From positions 1-64,000 of IMG/VR virus record IMGVR_UViG_3300043447_000068: a stretch of DNA of 64,000 bases. One strand, given 5' to 3'. How positions within the stretch are numbered: the stretch's first letter is position 1; each line of letters opens with the position of its first letter. This stretch comes from a virus. Taxonomy: Duplodnaviria; Caudoviricetes. Below the pieces are notes generated by a model that was not told the DNA's origin, made no database searches, and saw only the letters and a program-made list of their open reading frames with translations. Positions 59,564 through 64,000 of the stretch are shown in pieces. Made by a program: the position numbers and the translations under genes.

Positions 59564-61192
59564 TTACGCTGAAAGGTCTCCGTAGACAACCCATGTGTTT
59601 GCTGCTCTCTTCATAAGAGTTGCAGAAGACCATTGAGTTCTCAACTTTAGACCTGGTGTTGCGTTTACAGTAACTCCACCTGCACCTGCAATTGTAACCT
59701 GTCCAGTAGAAGTCTGGAGGATATCAAGAGTGGTTCCGACTGGGTAGTTTACTGTTGAATCTGCTGGGATTGTTAGAGTTGTTGCTGAAGAGCTTCCAAC
59801 TTCAATAAGAGTATCTCTTTCATTAAGGTTTGACAATGTGTATGACGCTGTCTTCTGAGAGATTGTAGTGATAGATGGAACACCCTGCTTTGTCTGAATA
59901 CCATCTGAGAATTCTACGCCACCGAGCTTTAGTGTATCGAAATTAGCTGTAGCGAAGTCAACCTCAGAGTCAGTAGGCTCTGCACCATTAGAGATAAGCT
60001 TCCACTTACCATCAGATGCGTCACGAACAAGACCAGCGTGAGGGTGGTTTCCACCATTATTGTCAGATGCTCCATAAGCACCATAGATACCAATGTCAAG
60101 AACGTCAGTAGAATACTGGTTCTTAGCTAGGTAGATAAGAGAGTCTGTTACTGCAAGATTCTGAGAATTAACAGTTGTAGTTGTTCCAGTAACGTTTAGA
60201 TTACCTGTTATCTCAACATCAGCAGCAGTTAGTGTTCCAGTAAAAGTTGGATTAGCCTTTGGAGCGTATGTAGCTGCTGCTGTGGCTTCTGCTGCTTCCT
60301 GTGCGTTGTCTGCCTTTGCCTGAGCACCCGTCTGTGTCTCTAGCTCTGCTGTATCAGCAATGCCATGCACGTTAGTTGTGTCAGAGTTATGTGTTGAAAC
60401 AGCACCTGAAACATCTGTAGCGGTTGCTAGAACTGAAGTGTCTGCAATACCGTGGACATTTGTAGTATCTGAGTTGTGGTCAGATACTGCTGTTGAAAGA
60501 TCTGTTGCTGTTGCAATTGTAGCATCTACACCAATTGTCAATGAGTTTGTGCTGTCATTGTATGTTGTGACAATACCATCTACACCAGAAAGCATAGTAG
60601 CAACTACATCCTGAGCCTTCTCATTTGTGAAATATTGGTTAGTTCCTTCTGCAACAGAGGTTGTTGTAAGAGTTTCTAGGAATGTGTCAATTCCGTCAAC
60701 TCTTGTGTCTAGGGTGTTTGCTCTTCCTGTAAGGGTTGTGCTAAGGTCTCCAATTGACTCAACTGCTGACTGTAGGTCTGTATTTAGTGTTGAGACTGAT
60801 GTCTGTAGTGGTGTCACTGCATCAGAAATAGCAGTATTAACAATACCATTGCTGTCATTAATAGCAGCAGCTATTTCGCTAAGTGTGTCAAGGGTGTTTG
60901 GAGCATTCTGAATAAGGTTTGCAAGCTGAGTGATTGGAATCTGTGCGTCTCCATCAAGTGTTGCAACACCGTTCTCTGCACCCTTCTCTGTTAGCTGAAT
61001 GTAGTCATCAAGGCTTCCACCAAGATCTTCAAGGTTCTTAAAGTATGACAAAGCAGACCAGGTAGTTAGGCCATCACCCATTTTGAACTGGTTGGTGTCT
61101 GTTTCAAAACCAATTTCTCCAGCTGCAAGCACTGGGTTTACTGAGGTCCACTGTTCCGCAGTACCTCTACGCTGTTGCATTCTTGTTGCCAT
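59564..61192 (-). CDS. Tail fibre protein (Mtd/hyaluronidase-type N-terminal anchor)
   Basis: QQRRGTAEQW...NPVLAAGEIGFETDT..FK.GDG; internal HNSDTTNVHGIADT x2. Confidence 0.8.
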   Translation of the reverse strand: MATRMQQRRGTAEQWTSVNPVLAAGEIGFETDTNQFKMGDGLTTWSALSYFKNLEDLGGSLDDYIQLTEKGAENGVATLDGDAQIPITQLANLIQNAPNTLDTLSEIAAAINDSNGIVNTAISDAVTPLQTSVSTLNTDLQSAVESIGDLSTTLTGRANTLDTRVDGIDTFLETLTTTSVAEGTNQYFTNEKAQDVVATMLSGVDGIVTTYNDSTNSLTIGVDATIATATDLSTAVSDHNSDTTNVHGIADTSVLATATDVSGAVSTHNSDTTNVHGIADTAELETQTGAQAKADNAQEAAEATAAATYAPKANPTFTGTLTAADVEITGNLNVTGTTTTVNSQNLAVTDSLIYLAKNQYSTDVLDIGIYGAYGASDNNGGNHPHAGLVRDASDGKWKLISNGAEPTDSEVDFATANFDTLKLGGVEFSDGIQTKQGVPSITTISQKTASYTLSNLNERDTLIEVGSSSATTLTIPADSTVNYPVGTTLDILQTSTGQVTIAGAGGVTVNATPGLKLRTQWSSATLMKRAANTWVVYGDLSA

Positions 61193-61249
61193 AGTTTAGC
61201 TCCTCCATATGGTATTTTTAGTACCAAATACTTATATTATATCCTACTT

Positions 61250-61711
61250 TTAGTTAAAATTATCTGAAACGGTTCCGCCATCGAAGAGTAGTGAGAACTC
61301 TGTTGATGATGGACTACCGCCATCTATTCCACTTGACATAGGGCTTTGTGGGATTGATCCACCTTCACGGAAAGTGGTTGTAATAAGACCATTTCCGCCA
61401 ATAGATGTATCGTGAATGTGCTGTGCAACGTTTAATGTGTCATCGATAGTTGCAATTGTTGTCCAACCAGTTTCTGTGTGGTAGACATTAAGTCTTTGTG
61501 TTACGGTATCATACCAAAATGCACCATTAGATGGTGAAGAAGGGGCAGTAGAGGCAACAGCAGCTCCTCCAGCATTAGCATCTACGTAAGCCTTAGTAGC
61601 TACGTGAGTTGCATCAGTTGGGTCGCTAGCAACGATGGGTCCACCAAAGACTCCACCCTCTGCTACTTGAATTCCATTTTTTACCTTGAAATCCTTATTT
61701 ACTGTTGCCAT
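61250..61711 (-). CDS. Short fibre-associated protein
   Basis: MATVNKDFKVK start, HVATKAYVD, DGG motifs. Confidence 0.65.
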   Translation of the reverse strand: MATVNKDFKVKNGIQVAEGGVFGGPIVASDPTDATHVATKAYVDANAGGAAVASTAPSSPSNGAFWYDTVTQRLNVYHTETGWTTIATIDDTLNVAQHIHDTSIGGNGLITTTFREGGSIPQSPMSSGIDGGSPSSTEFSLLFDGGTVSDNFN

Positions 61712-61728
61712 CTACTTACTCCTTTTAA

Positions 61729-63333
61729 TTACTTAATGATTGTTCCAAATACAGTTACAATAGAATTGTTGTTAGCTGTAGTGACACGAAGTCTTACGTT
61801 ACCGCCATTAACATCTGCTGTAATTGTTGATGCAGAACCGTTGGTTCCTACAACAGCATATTCTGTAATTGCAATGTTGTCTGCAGAGTCAAGAGTAATA
61901 ATTACCTTTGAAAGCTCTGTGTGTGAGCCATAAGCAACCTTAACTGTGTATTCTGCTGAACGGTATACAGCTGAGTCGAACTCGTGTGCTGTTACCTGGC
62001 TAGCTGTAGCAACTGTAGCCTGAGTAGCGACATTAGTAACAATGTTATTAAGGTCAATCTCAGTAAAGTTAGGAACTACAGCCTCAAGTGCTGATACTGC
62101 ACGTGCATCTGTGAAGTATAGGTTGCTTGAACCTTCTTCAAGATCATCAGTGTCAGAATCTGCAACACCATTTTCAGCAACAAAGTCAAACTTCTGTGTA
62201 CCAGTATTGTAAGATACCGAAATGTTTGTCTGAGTTCCACCATTGATTGTTGCTGCGATAGCATCAACTGCACGGGCATCTGTGAAGTATAGTCCTCCAC
62301 CAGGTGTTCCTTCTGGAATATCTACAGTTGTAAGAGCACCAATTTCTGAGTCTGCGTAAGACTTAGCATTATTCTCTGCTGTAGTTGCGTATCCTTGAGC
62401 ATTTTGGTCAGCTTGTGCAAGTGCATCATTGTATGTGTCTGTTCCTACTGCATCTACATACTGCTTTGTTGCTGCTGCTAGAGCCTGTGTTGGGTCTGCT
62501 GCAAGAACAAGCTCGCCAGTCATTGTGTCGCCAGACTTCTGAACCTTTTCACCAATAGATGTTGTAAGGTTTGTAATTGTGTCTGGTGAATCACCAAGTG
62601 CTGCAGCCAATTCATTTAGTGTATCAAGAAGTGCTGGTGCTGAATCAACTAGGCCTGAAACCGCAAGACCAATCTCTGTATTTGTCTTGTATGCTGACCA
62701 AGCCTTATCTGTAGCATTTGAAGAATCGTCAATCTTGTTATCTGCATATAGATTAGCATTTGATTCTGCAGTTGCTGCAGCTCCATATGCATCATATGTT
62801 GTAGATAGGTTAAGGTTTGTAATTGCGTTATCTGTGTATGTAGCTGCATTCTGTTCTGCTTGTGCTGCAGAGCCTACTGCGTCATAGTTTACTGCAAGTC
62901 CATCAGCATACGCTTGAGTTGCTACTGCTTGACCCCAAATCTTTGTGGTGCCATCTGCGTTTAGATTGATATCTCCACTGCCAGTAGAAATAGTTACATT
63001 CTGATCAGCTGTAACTTCTGTGCTTCCACCCTGTGCAGATGATAGAGCAAGTACTCCTTCGTCTGAAAGGAATCCAGCATCACCAATGATTACTCCTGGT
63101 GCAATAAGCTGATTGCTTAGCTCAATTTGAGCTGCTACAAAGTTACCATTACCGTCACGCTTTACGACAGTGTTTGGTGTGTTCTCAGGGGTTGCTGTAC
63201 CACCAATGAGATCAACGATGTAGTCTTGGTCTTCTTGCTTCTTGGTTAGAACGTCGTAGTTATTGACGGTAGCTGTAGCACCTTCAACAACGAGTCCACT
63301 CTTAACCTTAAAGTCTTTAGTGACTGTTGCCAT
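61729..63333 (-). CDS. Tail fibre-like protein
   Basis: MATVTKDFKVK start, AATKQYVD, LYFTDARAV repeats. Confidence 0.7.
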   Translation of the reverse strand: MATVTKDFKVKSGLVVEGATATVNNYDVLTKKQEDQDYIVDLIGGTATPENTPNTVVKRDGNGNFVAAQIELSNQLIAPGVIIGDAGFLSDEGVLALSSAQGGSTEVTADQNVTISTGSGDINLNADGTTKIWGQAVATQAYADGLAVNYDAVGSAAQAEQNAATYTDNAITNLNLSTTYDAYGAAATAESNANLYADNKIDDSSNATDKAWSAYKTNTEIGLAVSGLVDSAPALLDTLNELAAALGDSPDTITNLTTSIGEKVQKSGDTMTGELVLAADPTQALAAATKQYVDAVGTDTYNDALAQADQNAQGYATTAENNAKSYADSEIGALTTVDIPEGTPGGGLYFTDARAVDAIAATINGGTQTNISVSYNTGTQKFDFVAENGVADSDTDDLEEGSSNLYFTDARAVSALEAVVPNFTEIDLNNIVTNVATQATVATASQVTAHEFDSAVYRSAEYTVKVAYGSHTELSKVIITLDSADNIAITEYAVVGTNGSASTITADVNGGNVRLRVTTANNNSIVTVFGTIIK

Positions 63334-63351
63334 GTTGTTATCTCCTAGTTA

Positions 63352-63798
63352 TTATGCCTTAAGTCCCATACGTGCAAAACGTACGGTCACAGGTCTAATT
63401 ATTGCATCTGGGGTTACAACCAAACTGACTGTATCTCCAGTGCGAGAGACGCTAACGGTGCCCATATTCCCATCATTGTCAATTGTTCCGTACTCTGTTA
63501 CGCTGATATCGTCTGCGTCACAGAGAACAGTTAATTCTGTTGCATAGAACTTGTTGTCTCCTGATGTAATCTTGGATATAGAAACAAGATACTTGATCAT
63601 TCTCCACTCTGTTGCATTAAAAGTATCAACAATAGTTGAGCTTTCAATGCCAGTGATTGTGTTCTCGTTGTTACCAAATGTGCCCAGGTCTGTAGCTTGA
63701 GCAGTTGCGGTATCAATTAAAGACGTATAGTCGCTTTGTGAAGGTCTGTCGCCAGTTTCAAAAAGTGTTTTTACGTTAGGGATTGTAGTTCTAGCCAT
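63352..63798 (-). CDS. Virion accessory protein, paralogous to the C domain of 61729-63333
   Basis: Shared F....R..Y...ITEY pattern. Confidence 0.6.
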   Translation of the reverse strand: MARTTIPNVKTLFETGDRPSQSDYTSLIDTATAQATDLGTFGNNENTITGIESSTIVDTFNATEWRMIKYLVSISKITSGDNKFYATELTVLCDADDISVTEYGTIDNDGNMGTVSVSRTGDTVSLVVTPDAIIRPVTVRFARMGLKA

Positions 63799-63827
63799 GA
63801 TTATATTATACAGGATATTTATATATA

Positions 63828-63998
63828 TTAGAGAATATAGTTACTGTAGCCAATTACAGCAATGCCAATTGCAGCTGGATTTGAGCGATCATATGTATCC
63901 AAGCCTATAGCTGAAAATCTAACCCTGAATGGTAGCTGTTCTACCACATCAATCCTTGAAACATATCTGGTGTTTCTTGCAGAAATCAAGTTTGATGG
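63828..63998 (-). CDS. Partial CDS (C-terminus, cut by window edge)
   Basis: Open frame ...LPFRVRFSAIGLDTYDRSNPAAIGIAVIGYSNYIL-stop. Confidence 0.65.
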   Translation of the reverse strand, partial: PSNLISARNTRYVSRIDVVEQLPFRVRFSAIGLDTYDRSNPAAIGIAVIGYSNYIL

Positions 63999-64000
63999 AA

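Overview
A 64-kb segment of a large lytic-type siphovirus genome (~40-42% GC by eye). Every credible gene is on the minus strand, and the plus-strand ORFs in the track look like antisense shadows. In transcription order (right to left) it contains: tail-fibre/accessory virion genes; an FN3 fibre gene ending in a Phe-rich repeat, followed by four 2OG-Fe(II) oxygenase genes; a LamG-type tail protein; portal, prohead protease/scaffold, capsid and head-tail connectors; major tail protein, two paralogous tail chaperones, a 2345-aa tape measure and tail-tip genes; a replication/recombination block (DnaB, primase, SSB, DnaE, MazG-like, RecA, resolvases, Cas4-like nuclease) interrupted by three more 2OG-Fe(II) oxygenases; another oxygenase, then terminase small and large subunits; a secreted surface protein; a class Ib nrdI-nrdE-nrdF operon; PA14, membrane and protease genes; and an array of 17 tRNA genes interleaved with four structured non-tRNA spacers. 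An actinobacterial host is inferred from the actinobacterial-type NrdEF, leaderless promoters and gene content; no database search was run. Strongest leads: (1) a probable virion-protein modification system (Phe-rich F[GS]VF[GSA]F repeat fibre plus adjacent oxygenases; eight oxygenases in the window); (2) unexplained structured RNAs in the tRNA array; (3) tRNAs with non-canonical identity elements (Tyr C1:G72, Trp with acceptor mismatches, His without G-1, Pro G3-U70, Leu with a short variable loop); (4) G/GT-type tail chaperones encoded by duplicated genes rather than a frameshift.
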